This document shows, one piece after another, positions 1 through 10,807 of a DNA stretch of 64,000 nt. The stretch comes from an uncultured Nitrososphaerota archaeon (GTDB lineage: Archaea; Thermoproteota; Nitrososphaeria; Nitrososphaerales; Gagatemarchaeaceae), in NCBI GenBank assembly GCA_963718895.1, contig CAVRAG010000004.1, positions 128,001 to 192,000 of the forward strand. Reading direction: 5' to 3'. How positions within the stretch are numbered: the stretch's first letter is position 1; each line of letters starts with the position of its first letter. Both the position numbers and the translations under genes were made by a program. Below the pieces are notes generated by a model. That model ran no database searches. It was given only the letters and a program-made list of their open reading frames with translations, and was not told the DNA's origin.

Positions 1-626
1 TAGGTGAAGACCGTGACGTCTTCTCCTGCCCTTGCTATCTGGGCCTTGCCTATCGGGACCGTGTACTCCGCCTCCGGGACCTCGGCGCGGAACGACCGGT
101 AGAGCCTCTTCGGCTCCAGGAAGATGACCGGGTCTTCGTCCCTCATCGCCGAGACCAGGAGCCCCTTGGCGTCGTACGGGTTGGAAGGCACCACGACCTT
201 CAGGCCAGAGACGTGCGCGAAGAACGACTCCGCGCTCTGGGAGTGGTACGGTCCGCCCTTGATTCCTCCCCCGTACGGAGCCCTGACGACGACGGGCGCT
301 GAGTACTCGCCGCCCGACCTGTACCTTATCTTCGAGAGCTCCGAGATTATCTGATCGAAGGCGGGGTAGACGAAGTCGAGGAACTCTATCTCGGCCACCG
401 GCCTCATCCCGTATAGAGCCAGCCCGATGGAGACGCCTATCACCCCGCTCTCGTTGAGCGGCGTGTCCATCACCCTGGCCGGCCCGAACTCGGAGTGTAG
501 GCCCTCCGTGGCGCGGAAGACGCCGCCGTTCCTGCCGACATCCTCCCCGAGGATCACCACCTGCTGGTTCCTCTCCATCTCGTCTCTCAGGGCAGAGTTT
601 ATCGCCTGTACGATCGTCATCTGCAC
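1..626 (-). CDS. 2-oxoacid (pyruvate/branched-chain) dehydrogenase E1 beta subunit, 3' end runs off the window
   Basis: Read by hand from GTG at 626: [42 protein letters not shown]...DTPLNESG, the typical E1-beta N-terminus; directly follows E1 alpha. Confidence 0.93.
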   Translation of the reverse strand, partial: MQMTIVQAINSALRDEMERNQQVVILGEDVGRNGGVFRATEGLHSEFGPARVMDTPLNESGVIGVSIGLALYGMRPVAEIEFLDFVYPAFDQIISELSKIRYRSGGEYSAPVVVRAPYGGGIKGGPYHSQSAESFFAHVSGLKVVVPSNPYDAKGLLVSAMRDEDPVIFLEPKRLYRSFRAEVPEAEYTVPIGKAQIARAGEDVTVFT

Positions 627-628
627 GC

Positions 629-1681
629 TCAGTACCCACCTACCTCTTCGGAGAGCTCGTCGGCCTCTGCGCGGAGGTTCAAGGGCTGTTCCGCGTAGAC
701 GTCGTCGAAGAGGCTCCTCACGTCCGGATGGGGGAACTTCTCCGCCCTGGCGACCGCCTCCTTCACCTGATCGTGCATGGACTGCCTGGCGTCCGACTCA
801 TCTTCGTCGGTCCAGACCCCCCGTCCCCGAAGATACCGTCCGAACCTCATGATCGGGTCCTTGGTCCTCATCAGTTCGACTTCCCTCGAGTCCCTGTAGC
901 GCGAAGGATCGTCCGAGGTCGAGTGAGCCCCCATCCTGTAGGTGACGGCCTCTATCAGCGTCGGACCTCCTCCCTTTCGGGCCTTCTCCAGCGCCATCTT
1001 CGTCGCGGCATAGACGGCAACGACGTCGTTGCCGTCGACCCTGACGCCCTCGATGTTGTAGGCGGACGCCTTTATCGCCAGTGACTCGGTCGCGGTCTGC
1101 TGGGTCACGGGGAGAGATATGGCGTAGCCGTTGTTCCTGCAGAAGAAGACCGTCGGTGTCTTGAAGACGGCGGCGAAGTTGAGCGCGCTGTGGAAGTCGT
1201 TGCTGGATGTCCCGCCATCGCCGAAGTACGCAATGGTGGCGATGTCGTCGCCCCTGATCTTCGCGGCCAGCGCGACTCCCACCGCGTGAGGGAGCTGGGT
1301 GCAGAGAGGCGACGAAGGTGTCACCGTGTTGAGCGCCCGGCTCCCAAAGTGGGAGGGCATCGACCTGCCCTTTGAAAGGTCCTGTGAGCTCCCCATGAGC
1401 TGAGCTAGGAGGATGTCCAGTGCCATCCCTCTCGCTATCATGACTCCGGAGGCCCTGTAGTCTGGGAAGATCCAATCGGTGGCTCTGAGCGCCAGCGCGC
1501 TCCCGACCTCGGCGGCTTCTTCCCCTTCACATGGGACGTAGAAACCGATCCTCCCCTGTCTCTGAAGGTTCACCGCCTGAGAATCGAAGGTCCGCGTGAG
1601 TAGCATCAGCTCGTAGAAACGCCGCAGTTGAGCTATCGGGACCTCTTCCGACCTCTCAGCATCAACCGCGATGTTGGCCAT
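629..1681 (-). CDS. 2-oxoacid dehydrogenase E1 alpha subunit (PdhA/BkdA1 type)
   Basis: [13 protein letters not shown] motif GDG...NN ([31 protein letters not shown]), phosphorylation loop [11 protein letters not shown]. Confidence 0.95.
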   Translation of the reverse strand: MANIAVDAERSEEVPIAQLRRFYELMLLTRTFDSQAVNLQRQGRIGFYVPCEGEEAAEVGSALALRATDWIFPDYRASGVMIARGMALDILLAQLMGSSQDLSKGRSMPSHFGSRALNTVTPSSPLCTQLPHAVGVALAAKIRGDDIATIAYFGDGGTSSNDFHSALNFAAVFKTPTVFFCRNNGYAISLPVTQQTATESLAIKASAYNIEGVRVDGNDVVAVYAATKMALEKARKGGGPTLIEAVTYRMGAHSTSDDPSRYRDSREVELMRTKDPIMRFGRYLRGRGVWTDEDESDARQSMHDQVKEAVARAEKFPHPDVRSLFDDVYAEQPLNLRAEADELSEEVGGY

Positions 1682-1765
1682 CGACCTCTCGCAGGAGGCG
1701 AATCCGTAAAAGACTTATGACACAGATAGGATAAATATACCATCTTTGACACAAGCGAGACGATT

Positions 1766-2437
1766 TTGCCACATACAACCAGCATCGTCGAGCGGATAAT
1801 CGAGAGCGATGGGGCGATAAGGAAGGACCTCGGCCGTGGCCTTCTTAACGTCCGGGCTCTGGCGAGGTATGTACAGAAGGAGGCCGGGCTCGAGGGAGAC
1901 GAACTCTCGATTGAGGCAGTGATTGGGGCAATAAGGCGGTACGACGTTGGAGCGAGGGTCGCCGCTCATGAGAGCACGGGGCAGCTGTTCAAGAAGCTGA
2001 CGATGAGGAACAAGATAGTGGACCTGGCGATACTCAACGACCCCGAGATTACGGCCGCGCTCGGGAAGTTCGCATCGACTATCGACTACGGCATGGGAGA
2101 GACCTTCAGGCTCGTCTCAGGCGTGGAGTCGATACGCGTCGTGATAGACGAGAAGAACCTTGAGAAGATGAGGAGCATCATACCGAAGAAGAACATCCCG
2201 AAGATCGTGACAGGGCTCTCGGAGATAATCGTCTCGATGTCGCAGGTCGCCGACACGACCCCCGGAGTCGTCTCCACCGTAACCACCGAGCTCGCCATGA
2301 ACGGAATAAACATGGTGGAGTTCATGAGCTGCGTCCCCGAGTTGATCATCGTCGTCGACGAAAGAGACGCCCTCAGGAGCTACGACGCCATCGAGAAGCT
2401 GAGCAGGAATCCCGCGGGGATGCACCCTAAGACTTAA
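1766..2437 (+). CDS. Archaeal HTH + ACT-domain protein, putative amino-acid-sensing regulator
   Basis: N-terminal helical/HTH-like segment (GLLNVRALARY...AVIGAIRRY), C-terminal ACT repeat (TPGVVSTVTTELAMNGINMVEFMSC); TATA-like ATAAATATA at about 1731. Confidence 0.75.
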   Translation: MPHTTSIVERIIESDGAIRKDLGRGLLNVRALARYVQKEAGLEGDELSIEAVIGAIRRYDVGARVAAHESTGQLFKKLTMRNKIVDLAILNDPEITAALGKFASTIDYGMGETFRLVSGVESIRVVIDEKNLEKMRSIIPKKNIPKIVTGLSEIIVSMSQVADTTPGVVSTVTTELAMNGINMVEFMSCVPELIIVVDERDALRSYDAIEKLSRNPAGMHPKT

Positions 2438-2470
2438 CACCGGGCGAAGGGCATCGGCGGACGGCGAAGC

Positions 2471-2728
2471 ATGAGCAGGTCTCCGACGCTGTTCGACAAT
2501 ATCCGCAACGTACTGATTATTGTTCTCGTCTTCTTCGTGGCGCTGCTCTTCTCTGGATTCATCCTCGGCCCGATTATCACGCTCCTCTTCTTCCTATTCC
2601 AGTACTACTATAGGAAGTCGAAGGACCTGGAGAGGCGGTTGGCGGACGTGGCCGGCGGGAAGACCGAGAGAGAGTCCAACGCTCCTCCGCCTTCCTCGAT
2701 TCCCCCACCTCCCTCCACCGATGCCTGA
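2471..2728 (+). CDS. Small membrane protein
   Basis: Long hydrophobic stretch followed by a charged and Pro-rich tail. Confidence 0.6.
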   Translation: MSRSPTLFDNIRNVLIIVLVFFVALLFSGFILGPIITLLFFLFQYYYRKSKDLERRLADVAGGKTERESNAPPPSSIPPPPSTDA

Positions 2729-2736
2729 CTCCAGAA

Positions 2737-3189
2737 TCAGCTCGATTTGAGATCCAGGGTCATGACCAGAGCATCTTCCCCGTCGGGGTAGTACCTCCTC
2801 ACCTTCCCTTCTTCCCTGAAGGAGAACTGTCGATAGAGGTCTATCGCCGCCGAGTTGCCGACGCGCACCTGCAGGGAGACCCTCTCTGTCCCTCGGCTGA
2901 GATACCGGAGGACCGCGCCCATCAGCGCGCGACCGATACCCTCCCTCCTGCGTCTCGCGGAGACCGCCAGGGAGAAGATGAGTCCGTACCGGGCCGAGGA
3001 CGCGACATAGCCCAGAACCTCGGTGCCATCCCCCGCCACCAGGAAGCCTCCGGGTTCCGACAGTAGGAGCTGCGAGAATATCTCTCTGTCGTAGGGGTCA
3101 GGGAAGGACTCCTCCTCGATTTTCAGGACGCCGTCCAGGTCCCCCTCGGTGCACCTCCTGATGTGGTAGGATGGCTCGGCTTCAGGCAA
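2737..3189 (-). CDS. rimI: RimI-like GNAT N-acetyltransferase
   Basis: IEEESFPDPY, RREGIGRALM, LQVRVGNSAAIDLY, YYPDGEDALVM; probable TTG start at 3189. Confidence 0.85.
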   Translation of the reverse strand: MPEAEPSYHIRRCTEGDLDGVLKIEEESFPDPYDREIFSQLLLSEPGGFLVAGDGTEVLGYVASSARYGLIFSLAVSARRRREGIGRALMGAVLRYLSRGTERVSLQVRVGNSAAIDLYRQFSFREEGKVRRYYPDGEDALVMTLDLKSS

Positions 3190-3335
3190 GGTCTCGCCGG
3201 TGCCGGCCGTCGGAGCGCCGACATTAATGCTCCTGCCAGACCCTAGACTGCTATGATCCCGCTGCGGTGCCGAGCACCCTGCAGAAATGTGTCTCAACAT
3301 ATATAGCCAAACAATCGGCTGACTCGAGAACGCCG

Positions 3336-4085
3336 TTGACCTCCGGGGCCGCCATCACGATGAAGGCGCTCACGAAGAGGTACGGCCCCAGGGTCGTAGT
3401 CAACGATTTCTCCCTCGAGATCATGTCGGGCGGTGTCTACGGGTTGCTGGGCCCCAACGGAGCCGGCAAGACGACCATCGTCCGGATGCTGTCCACCATC
3501 GTCAAGCCCACTTCCGGAAGCGCCTCGGTGAACGGATTCGACGTCCTGACCCAGCCCAAAGAGGTGAGGGAGAGCATAGGAGCGCTCCCCGAGGACACAG
3601 GTCTGTACGACCGGCTCAATCCGGTGGAGACGCTGAGGTTCTACGGGGGAATGCAGGGACTGAGCGGAGAGAAGCTGGAGGCGAGGATAGACGAGCTGCT
3701 CCACCTTCTCGAGCTTGACGAGAGGAGGAAGGACAGGGTAGCCACGTTCTCCAGGGGGATGAGGCAGAAGCTGGCGCTCGCCCGGGCCCTGATCCACGAC
3801 CCGCCGATACTCCTCCTCGACGAGCCGACGCTTGGGCTGGACGTGATGTCGACGCGCGCCATCAGGGACTACACGAAAGACATGGCAAGGAGGGGCAAGA
3901 CCGTCCTCCTCAACACCAACAACATGTACGAGGCGCAGCTGCTCTGCGACAGCCTGACCATAATCAGCAACGGGGTCATCAAGGCCAGCGGGACGGTCGG
4001 GGACCTTGAGGTTCTCGCCGAGACGAAGGGGCTGGAAGAGGTGTTCATCCATCTGGTGAGGAGCGACAATGGTCTCGAGAGCTAG
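3336..4085 (+). CDS. ABC-2 transporter ATP-binding protein (NatA-like)
   Basis: GPNGAGKTT, FSRGMRQK, LLLDEPT; probable TTG start at 3336 after ATATATAG. Confidence 0.9.
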   Translation: MTSGAAITMKALTKRYGPRVVVNDFSLEIMSGGVYGLLGPNGAGKTTIVRMLSTIVKPTSGSASVNGFDVLTQPKEVRESIGALPEDTGLYDRLNPVETLRFYGGMQGLSGEKLEARIDELLHLLELDERRKDRVATFSRGMRQKLALARALIHDPPILLLDEPTLGLDVMSTRAIRDYTKDMARRGKTVLLNTNNMYEAQLLCDSLTIISNGVIKASGTVGDLEVLAETKGLEEVFIHLVRSDNGLES

Positions 4086-5256
4086 GGTAGTGCGCCTCAT
4101 CGTCTCGAAGGAGCTTCTCGACATGGTCAGGGACAGGCGCACGATAGTCACGGCCCTCGTCCTGCCCCTGCTCGCCTTCCCCCTGCTATTCGGGGTGATG
4201 GGCTATCTCTCGAACCCCACGGCTAACCCCTCGCCCGTCTACGTCGTCAACCTTGACAACGGGAGCTACTCGGCGGCCCTGACCAAGGACCTGCAGAACA
4301 CGACGGGGCTGAGCATCACTGTCGTAGGCTCCGGGAACGTCACGGCCGAGGTCCAGAGCGGTCGGTACGACGTGGGCCTGACAATCCCCGCGAGCTTCTC
4401 GTCGTCCATGTCAGGAGGAGGGCAGGTCAACCTGACGCTGTTCTATGAACAGACCAACGGTCGCGCTCTCCAGGGAGTCTCGATAATCGACGGCGTCGTC
4501 ACATCGCTCTCCCAGCAGATCTCCTCCGCCCGACTGGCGGTCAAGGGCGTCACGGGCGCGGAGCTGAACCCAATCGGAGTCATCACGAGCCAGGTCGGGA
4601 AGAGCGAGAGCGCTTCGCTCCTGATCACGGCCGACCTCTTCCCGAGCTTCCTGCTCTACTTCACTTTCCTGGGCGCGTTCTACTTCATGGTCGACGACAT
4701 CGCCGGGGAGAAGGAGAGAAGGAGCCTGGAGGCGCTGTTCACCCTGCCCCCTACCAGGGCCACGATCTTCCTCGGCAAGTACACCGTCGCCTTCCTGCTG
4801 GCAATGGTCACCACGATCCTGGGTCTCGTCGGGACCCTCTTCAGCCTCAGCGAACTGAACATAGGCGGGGCCGGCTCGGTCTCGCTGCCCCTGATCTTCT
4901 ATCCTGAAGTGATCGCCGTGGTCGCGCTCGCCGCGCTCTCGATGTGCGCACTGGGCTTCTGCATTTCCACCTTCGCGAAGAACATCAGGGAGGCGCAGCA
5001 GTACCTGAGCCCCCTCTTCTTCATCTTCTTCCTTCCGCTCTATTTCACCTTCTCGCTGCCCTCGAGCCAGCTCTCGCAGTACGCCTCGATACCTGTGGTG
5101 GGCTTCACTCTCCTGATCCGGGACATAGTCCTCGGGACGGCGACGCTGGCCGAGGTCGGCTCGGCTGTCTTGGTGAACGTTGTCTTCCTCGCTGTCCTTC
5201 TCTGGGTCGGTATGAGGCTGCTGAACTCGGAGAAGATAATCCTGAGGAGCGGCTAG
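4069..5256 (+). CDS. ABC-2 permease (NatB-like)
   Basis: KELLDMVRDRRT N-terminus, IAGEKERRSLEAL, multiple TM helices; overlaps the ATPase gene. Confidence 0.9.
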   Translation: MVSRARVVRLIVSKELLDMVRDRRTIVTALVLPLLAFPLLFGVMGYLSNPTANPSPVYVVNLDNGSYSAALTKDLQNTTGLSITVVGSGNVTAEVQSGRYDVGLTIPASFSSSMSGGGQVNLTLFYEQTNGRALQGVSIIDGVVTSLSQQISSARLAVKGVTGAELNPIGVITSQVGKSESASLLITADLFPSFLLYFTFLGAFYFMVDDIAGEKERRSLEALFTLPPTRATIFLGKYTVAFLLAMVTTILGLVGTLFSLSELNIGGAGSVSLPLIFYPEVIAVVALAALSMCALGFCISTFAKNIREAQQYLSPLFFIFFLPLYFTFSLPSSQLSQYASIPVVGFTLLIRDIVLGTATLAEVGSAVLVNVVFLAVLLWVGMRLLNSEKIILRSG

Positions 5257-5726
5257 GGTGCCTTCGCAAACTCTGCGACGACGGCGCCGAGCAGCCTCGT
5301 AAGGTCCTCTCTCTTGATGAGCACGCTCTTGGTCAGTACACCGATGTTGAAGTTGACGTGCTCGTTCTCCAGCACAGACGAGTCTAGGAAGGTCGGGAGG
5401 CCGAACAGGCCCCCGAAGGGGTGGACGGACCCGGGCTCGCACCTCGTGACCGCGATGACCTCATCCCTGGTGGCAAGATGCAGCTTCTTCGTCTTCGAGA
5501 GCTCTTGCAGCTTCTTGATGTCGGCCTTGCGGTCTGCGGCGAGGTCCGCGAGCAGGTAGCGCCCGTCGTCCGACTTCATCACCAGCGCCTTCACCCCGGT
5601 CCTGAGCTCCACCCCGCGCACCCGGGAGGCCTCCTCCGAGGTGTAGACCGGTTCGTGCTCGTAGAGCCGGTACTCGACCCCCTCCTTCCTGAAGAGGTCC
5701 AGCAGTTTCCTCATCTCTTCTTCCAT
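5253..5726 (-). CDS. YbaK/ProXp aminoacyl-tRNA deacylase family protein
   Basis: YEHEPVYTSEEA, VKALVMK, PGSVHPFG, FNIG motifs. Confidence 0.88.
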   Translation of the reverse strand: MEEEMRKLLDLFRKEGVEYRLYEHEPVYTSEEASRVRGVELRTGVKALVMKSDDGRYLLADLAADRKADIKKLQELSKTKKLHLATRDEVIAVTRCEPGSVHPFGGLFGLPTFLDSSVLENEHVNFNIGVLTKSVLIKREDLTRLLGAVVAEFAKAP

Positions 5727-5754
5727 CCCAGCTCACCATCAGGACCTAGGCAGC

Positions 5755-6759
5755 CTAGTGGCTCGGGAGAGGCGAGAGGCCAATGTAGTCGGCCTTGTCG
5801 ACCACCCTTTGGATAGGCTCCCCGTTGAGATAGCGGATCACGTTCTCGAAGGCGTGCTCCTGGCCCAGTTCCATCGCCTCCGGCACGGCGTCTGCGTTGT
5901 GTGGCGAGGCGAGGAAGTTCGGGAGGTCGAAGAAGGGGAAGTCCAGCGAAAACCTCTCGCCCTGCTTTGGGTACCTCCACCACACGTCGATTCCGGCCCT
6001 AAATCGGGGATGAGCCTTGAGGTGCGCGTAGAGGGCCTCCTGGGCGATGATACCTCCTCTGGCGACATTGACGAGGATGCAATCCTCCTTCATGAGGCCG
6101 AGTTCCCGAGCGTTCAGGAGGTGCTTGGTCTGCTTGTTCAGCGGGAGCGAGACCACAACGATGTCTGCCTGCTTCAAGACGTCGCCAAGGCGATCCATCT
6201 TCCAGACGATGTCAAAGTTCTCGACGGGGCGTCCCGAGGTGTTTATTCCCACGGTCCTCATGTTGAAGGACTTCGCCACCCGCGCAACCGACTGGCCTAT
6301 CCCTCCGGCTCCGATGATTCCGATCGTCTTCCTCCGGAGGAAGATTCCGTCCTCGGGGTGGTCAAGGATGCCTTCGCGGAGTCGTTCGTGGTTGCGGACC
6401 AGGTTCCTCCCGAAGTACAGGACCATCGCGAAGACGTGTTCGGCTATCGGTCCTCCGTAGGCACCGCCATTGGAGCAGACGGTGACCTGAGGAGGTATGG
6501 CGGAGAAATCTATGAAGTCGACCCCTGCCGACATCGACTGGAGGACCTTGATGTTCGGCATCTCCTCGAAGAGTTTCTTGGTTATCATCGCGCTACGGTA
6601 CATTATGAGCACCTCCACCTCCTTCCTCTCGGAGTCGCCCAGTTTGTCAATGGAAAGCACGGCGTATTCTCCGTTGCCAGCGCCCGCGACCTTCGTCGCG
6701 AGGCCCTCCGGAATCGACATGTCCGTAGCTATGATCTTCTTTCTTTCAGCCACACCCAT
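5755..6759 (-). CDS. D-isomer-specific 2-hydroxyacid dehydrogenase
   Basis: SAGVD, GIIGAGGIG, VNVARG, DVWW, SPHNA. Confidence 0.92.
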   Translation of the reverse strand: MGVAERKKIIATDMSIPEGLATKVAGAGNGEYAVLSIDKLGDSERKEVEVLIMYRSAMITKKLFEEMPNIKVLQSMSAGVDFIDFSAIPPQVTVCSNGGAYGGPIAEHVFAMVLYFGRNLVRNHERLREGILDHPEDGIFLRRKTIGIIGAGGIGQSVARVAKSFNMRTVGINTSGRPVENFDIVWKMDRLGDVLKQADIVVVSLPLNKQTKHLLNARELGLMKEDCILVNVARGGIIAQEALYAHLKAHPRFRAGIDVWWRYPKQGERFSLDFPFFDLPNFLASPHNADAVPEAMELGQEHAFENVIRYLNGEPIQRVVDKADYIGLSPLPSH

Positions 6760-6828
6760 TTCCCCTTCCCCGTTCTATTTATCCGTGGTTGACGTCCCGA
6801 CGAAGACCCGGAGGACTGCGAACCCTCG

Positions 6829-8092
6829 TCAGGCCTCCTCCGGAGGCTTGGACTTGCCGAAGAACGAGGGGAGAGCTGCGGAGGCGGCAACGTAGGCCAG
6901 GACGCCTATGACGAACGGGATCAGGAGGAGCCCCGCACCCAGGAGCTCGCCCCCTACAAACGTCCCGACCGTCGCGCCTACGCCCCAGGCTGTGAACGTG
7001 ATGGCTGTGGTGGTCGCCCTCTCTGCCTCCTCGACGACGCCCATCGTGTAGGAGAGGAGCATCGCCCAGCCCATCGCCTCGAGCAGGCTGCGCGCGACGA
7101 ACAGGCTGGCGGCTCCCTCGAAGGTCCCCGCGAAGGGCATGGCCGCCAGGAAGGCCGAGGCGCTGATGCCGCACATCGCGCTCGAGACCAGAATCCCTCG
7201 CCTGCTCACGAGCCTCGGGATTAGCGGAATCGCCAGTATCGAGACTGCGTTCGCCAGCCCGATCCAGAGGCCCACCTCGTCCTCCGAGACCCCGAACCTG
7301 AGCGCGAACCACGTGGGCAGAAGCTGAACGAGGACACCGAGCCCGACGCCGGTCAGTCCGAAGATGACAGAGAATCTCGCTATCCTCCCCCAGGAGGTCA
7401 CGGGAAGCCTGATCCGTACCCGATCGAGGCGCCGCCTGGCCACGTAGGGCAGGACGTCTGCAGGGACGTTCGCGTCCCTCCCGGAGATCCTCGACTCCTT
7501 GTAGAGCAGGAGAGGGACTACGGACACCACCATGAGCCCGGCCATGAGGAAGTAGGAGTTCGAGTGAGCAGTCATCGGGCTCTGCTTGAAGATGTACTCG
7601 AACGCGCTCGGGAGGACGCTCAGCACCGCGCCTATGCTGAGCGCGAGCGTCCACACACCCTGGGTGACTCCGAAGAAGGTCGTCCTCTTCTTGGCCGAGG
7701 TGGAGTTGGCGACCAGAGGGATGAACGCTGGGTTGACCAGGGCGAATGCGAAACCTCCTGCGAAGCCTATGCCGCCCAGGGCGCCTGCGAAGATCAGCCA
7801 GGCCGGGTTGAGCGTCAGGCCGAAGACGGCGAAGGAGAAGAAGGGTATCAGGCTCCCAACAATGACGAACCACTTCCTCCCGTAGCGGTCTGCGAGATAC
7901 CCGAACGGGATCGAGCGCGGCGGTGTTGGCGAGAGCGCTCGCAGCGTAGATGGCCCCTATGACAGACGGGTCGTAGCCGATCTCCGCAAGGTAGACCAGT
8001 GGGACGACATTCATGTAGCCGACTGGGATGGAGTTGACGAGGAGGTAGGAGATGAGCAGCTTCCCGTCTCTGGTGAGAAGCTTGTCTTCCAC
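6829..8092 (-). pseudogene. MFS transporter with a +1 frameshift near 7912 (probable sequencing indel)
   Basis: N-terminal frame MEDKLL...ANTAAL switches to IPFGYLADRYGRK (MFS motif A) and continues into ORF 6829..7656. Confidence 0.8.
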
Positions 8093-8184
8093 GCTGCCTG
8101 ACGACTGGTCTCTGCTAATGTCGGCTCACGCTCGTCTGCCTCCTGCCTTCGTCCTCGCTCCACCATCCGAATAGGGAGGAACCT

Positions 8185-9006
8185 TCAGTCCATCTTCAGC
8201 ATCTTCCGGGTGAGGCTCCCGTACGCCCTCATCCAGTCGAGCAGGATCGAGACGTCGAAACCTATGCAGTAGTCCACGACGCCGAGGTCCGCGTACCGCT
8301 TGAGGGTCTTCTCGAACCCGGCCTGGCCCGTGGTGTAGTTCGACCCGAGTTCTGCGCGGGGATGCTTGTCGTACTTCAGGGAGAGCTTGATCGTTCGCTC
8401 CTCCGCCTCGCGCACCTTGGGACTGGAGAACTCGCCGGCTAGGCCGATGGACATGGCGTAGTCGCACGGGCCGAACTGGATCATGTCGACGTCGGTCATG
8501 TTCAGGACCTCCTCGAGCTTGTCGTAGAGAGGCTTCTTCTCGATCATCATGGCGATGACCACGTCCTTCGCATAGCGGACGAAGTTCTTGCTCCCGTTCT
8601 CTATCGAGTATCCTTCGATCCTGTGCATCCAGCAGCCGTTCATCCCCTCGGGTTCTGGCCTGACGGCCTTGAGGGCACCCTGGACCTCTTCGGTGGTCCT
8701 GAAGTCGGCGAACATCACGTTCTGGAATCCGGCCCCTATCGCCCTCTGGGCGAGGAAGTAGTTCGGGACGGGGTCGATCTTGATCATGGTCGACATGTCG
8801 TAGAGCTCGGACGCCCTCGCGAGGTTCTCGAGCGCGTAGAGGTCGAAGGGGGCGTAGACGCTGCTGAACTCGACGTAGTCCATCATCTCCGAGTTCCCGA
8901 CCACCTCCATTATTCCGGGCCACGAGCTGTGGATATGGGTGCCCAAAGTCGGCTTTCCCTGCTTGAGAAGCTCCCTGAGCTTGTTCTTCCTTAGGATTGG
9001 TGCCAT
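8185..9006 (-). CDS. HpcH/HpaI aldolase family protein
   Basis: KNKLRELLKQGKPTLG, MMIEK, DMIQFGPCDYAMSIG. Confidence 0.85.
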   Translation of the reverse strand: MAPILRKNKLRELLKQGKPTLGTHIHSSWPGIMEVVGNSEMMDYVEFSSVYAPFDLYALENLARASELYDMSTMIKIDPVPNYFLAQRAIGAGFQNVMFADFRTTEEVQGALKAVRPEPEGMNGCWMHRIEGYSIENGSKNFVRYAKDVVIAMMIEKKPLYDKLEEVLNMTDVDMIQFGPCDYAMSIGLAGEFSSPKVREAEERTIKLSLKYDKHPRAELGSNYTTGQAGFEKTLKRYADLGVVDYCIGFDVSILLDWMRAYGSLTRKMLKMD

Positions 9007-9083
9007 GATTCTGCGGGAGGAGGCGAGTTTGCGTTATAAGCATTGGAGCCTTCGCCGCTTAAGTACCCGGAGGCTCCCTATGG

Positions 9084-9860
9084 ATGCGAATGGACCTCCG
9101 AAGATATGATGGAAAGACCGTCCTGGTTACAGGGGCAGGGTACGGCATCGGACGGGCAATCGCTCTCCGCTTCGGGAAGGAAGGGGCGAGGGTCGGCGTG
9201 CTCGATCTTGACGCTGAGACCGCGAACGAGACCGTGCGGCTGATAGCGTCTGCGGGCGGCGTCGCGCACGCGGTTCGCGCCGACGTCTCAAAGTCCGATG
9301 ATGTGAGGAGGGCCGTCGACGAGGTTGTTTCCAAGCTCGGACCAATCGATGTTCTTGTCAACAACGCCGGGATCAGGTACGTCAGGAAGGTCCTGGAGAT
9401 GACGGATGAGGAGTGGAACAGGACGATCTCGGTAAACCTGACCGGGATGTTCTACACGACCAAGGCTGTCGCGCCGCAGATGCTGGCGAGGGGTGGCGGC
9501 AAGGTCGTGAACGTGGGGTCCATGAGCGGGCTCATAGGGCAGCTCGGGCGGGCGGCCTACGGCGCCTCGAAGGGAGGGGTGCTGCAGTTGACCCGTTCAT
9601 TGGCCGTGGAGCTGGGCCCGACCATAAACGTGAACGCTGTCGCTCCGGGCTACATAGCGGGGACGGCCATGATGAGGGAGGTGGACAAGGACACCAAGGG
9701 CGTCGAATGGATGGTCGCAAGCACCCTCACCCGTCGGGCGGGCACACCGGAGGACGTCGCCGGGGCGGCAGCGTTCTTGGCCTCCGAGGACGCGTCCTTC
9801 ATCACAGGCGCCACGCTCCTAGTCGACGGCGGCTTCAGCGCGGCAAGGTTCATGGTCTAA
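9084..9860 (+). CDS. Short-chain dehydrogenase/reductase (FabG-like)
   Basis: TGAGYGIG, NNAG, YGASK, VNAVAPG. Confidence 0.93.
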   Translation: MRMDLRRYDGKTVLVTGAGYGIGRAIALRFGKEGARVGVLDLDAETANETVRLIASAGGVAHAVRADVSKSDDVRRAVDEVVSKLGPIDVLVNNAGIRYVRKVLEMTDEEWNRTISVNLTGMFYTTKAVAPQMLARGGGKVVNVGSMSGLIGQLGRAAYGASKGGVLQLTRSLAVELGPTINVNAVAPGYIAGTAMMREVDKDTKGVEWMVASTLTRRAGTPEDVAGAAAFLASEDASFITGATLLVDGGFSAARFMV

Positions 9861-9973
9861 GATGGGACCGACTTGACCTGGGAGGCTTCGGAGCTCGCGA
9901 GAACCTCTTCATCTTCCGCTGCGCGTCGCGGAGCTCGTCTCGCACAAACCTAGGATGCTCCAGTCCATTTCAA

Positions 9974-10801
9974 TCACTGGGCGCTGAGCGCCTTTCTCCC
10001 TGCGAGGTAGCCAATCAAGCCGAAGACGATGCAGAACCCGACGAGGTACAGGATATCGCCCGAGAACGTCGAGACTTGACTGCTCGAAAGGTTGCCGTTG
10101 ATGATAAGCACCCTCGCTGCCTCGTTGGCCTTCGAGATCGGGTTCACACCGGCGATGTCCTTCAACCAAGTCGGGAAGGAGGTGGAGGGAAAGAGGGCGT
10201 TGCTCATGAAGATCAGAGGTAGAGTCAGGAAGTTGACTATCGCCACGAGGGAGTCGATGCTCTTGAGACTTAGGGCTATTGCGGTGAACACTGAGGACAG
10301 CCCGAGACCGAGCAGGCCGAAGGCGAAGAAGACCCCGAGGAAATCGACGACCCCGAAGCCCGACGGGAGCTCCAGGCCGTTGGGGATGACCAGCGCTATC
10401 GCGAATGTCAGGAGCGCCAGGAACATGGCCTTCACGAGGTTCTGCACCACTCCTGAGAGAAATATTGCTGCTCTCGGTATGGGCGCAGTCAAGAGCGTGC
10501 TGAGGAAACCGAGCTGCCTGTCGAGGACGAGGTCTATGCCGCCGAAGGCCATGTTGAAGACCAGAATGAGGCATATCACTCCGGCGGTCAGGTACGTGAT
10601 GTAGTTTGGTGCACCGCCGAAGGACTGCTGGATGGCCGAAGTGCCGCCGACCCCTGAGGATATGAGGTTGGTCGGGTTGAACGAGCTCCCGAAGAGGACG
10701 ATGTAGAAGATTGCGGTGACGAGTCCGGGCACTACCGCGGCCGGGTTCCTGATCCACTTCTTGAGAGCTCTGGCAGAGAGAACGAGAGTCTCGTCGATCA
10801 T
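9974..10801 (-). CDS. ABC-2 permease (DrrB-like)
   Basis: Six TM helices, DRQLGFLSTLLTAP, FMSNALFP...PTWL...NP. Confidence 0.9.
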   Translation of the reverse strand: MIDETLVLSARALKKWIRNPAAVVPGLVTAIFYIVLFGSSFNPTNLISSGVGGTSAIQQSFGGAPNYITYLTAGVICLILVFNMAFGGIDLVLDRQLGFLSTLLTAPIPRAAIFLSGVVQNLVKAMFLALLTFAIALVIPNGLELPSGFGVVDFLGVFFAFGLLGLGLSSVFTAIALSLKSIDSLVAIVNFLTLPLIFMSNALFPSTSFPTWLKDIAGVNPISKANEAARVLIINGNLSSSQVSTFSGDILYLVGFCIVFGLIGYLAGRKALSAQ

Positions 10802-10807
10802 TTCGGT

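Noticed and set aside
3294-6792. Long antisense or alternative-frame ORFs (e.g. 3294..4151, 4411..5442, 5758..6792, and many similar elsewhere)
   Set aside because: Shadow ORFs of well-supported genes, expected in high-GC coding DNA; no motifs
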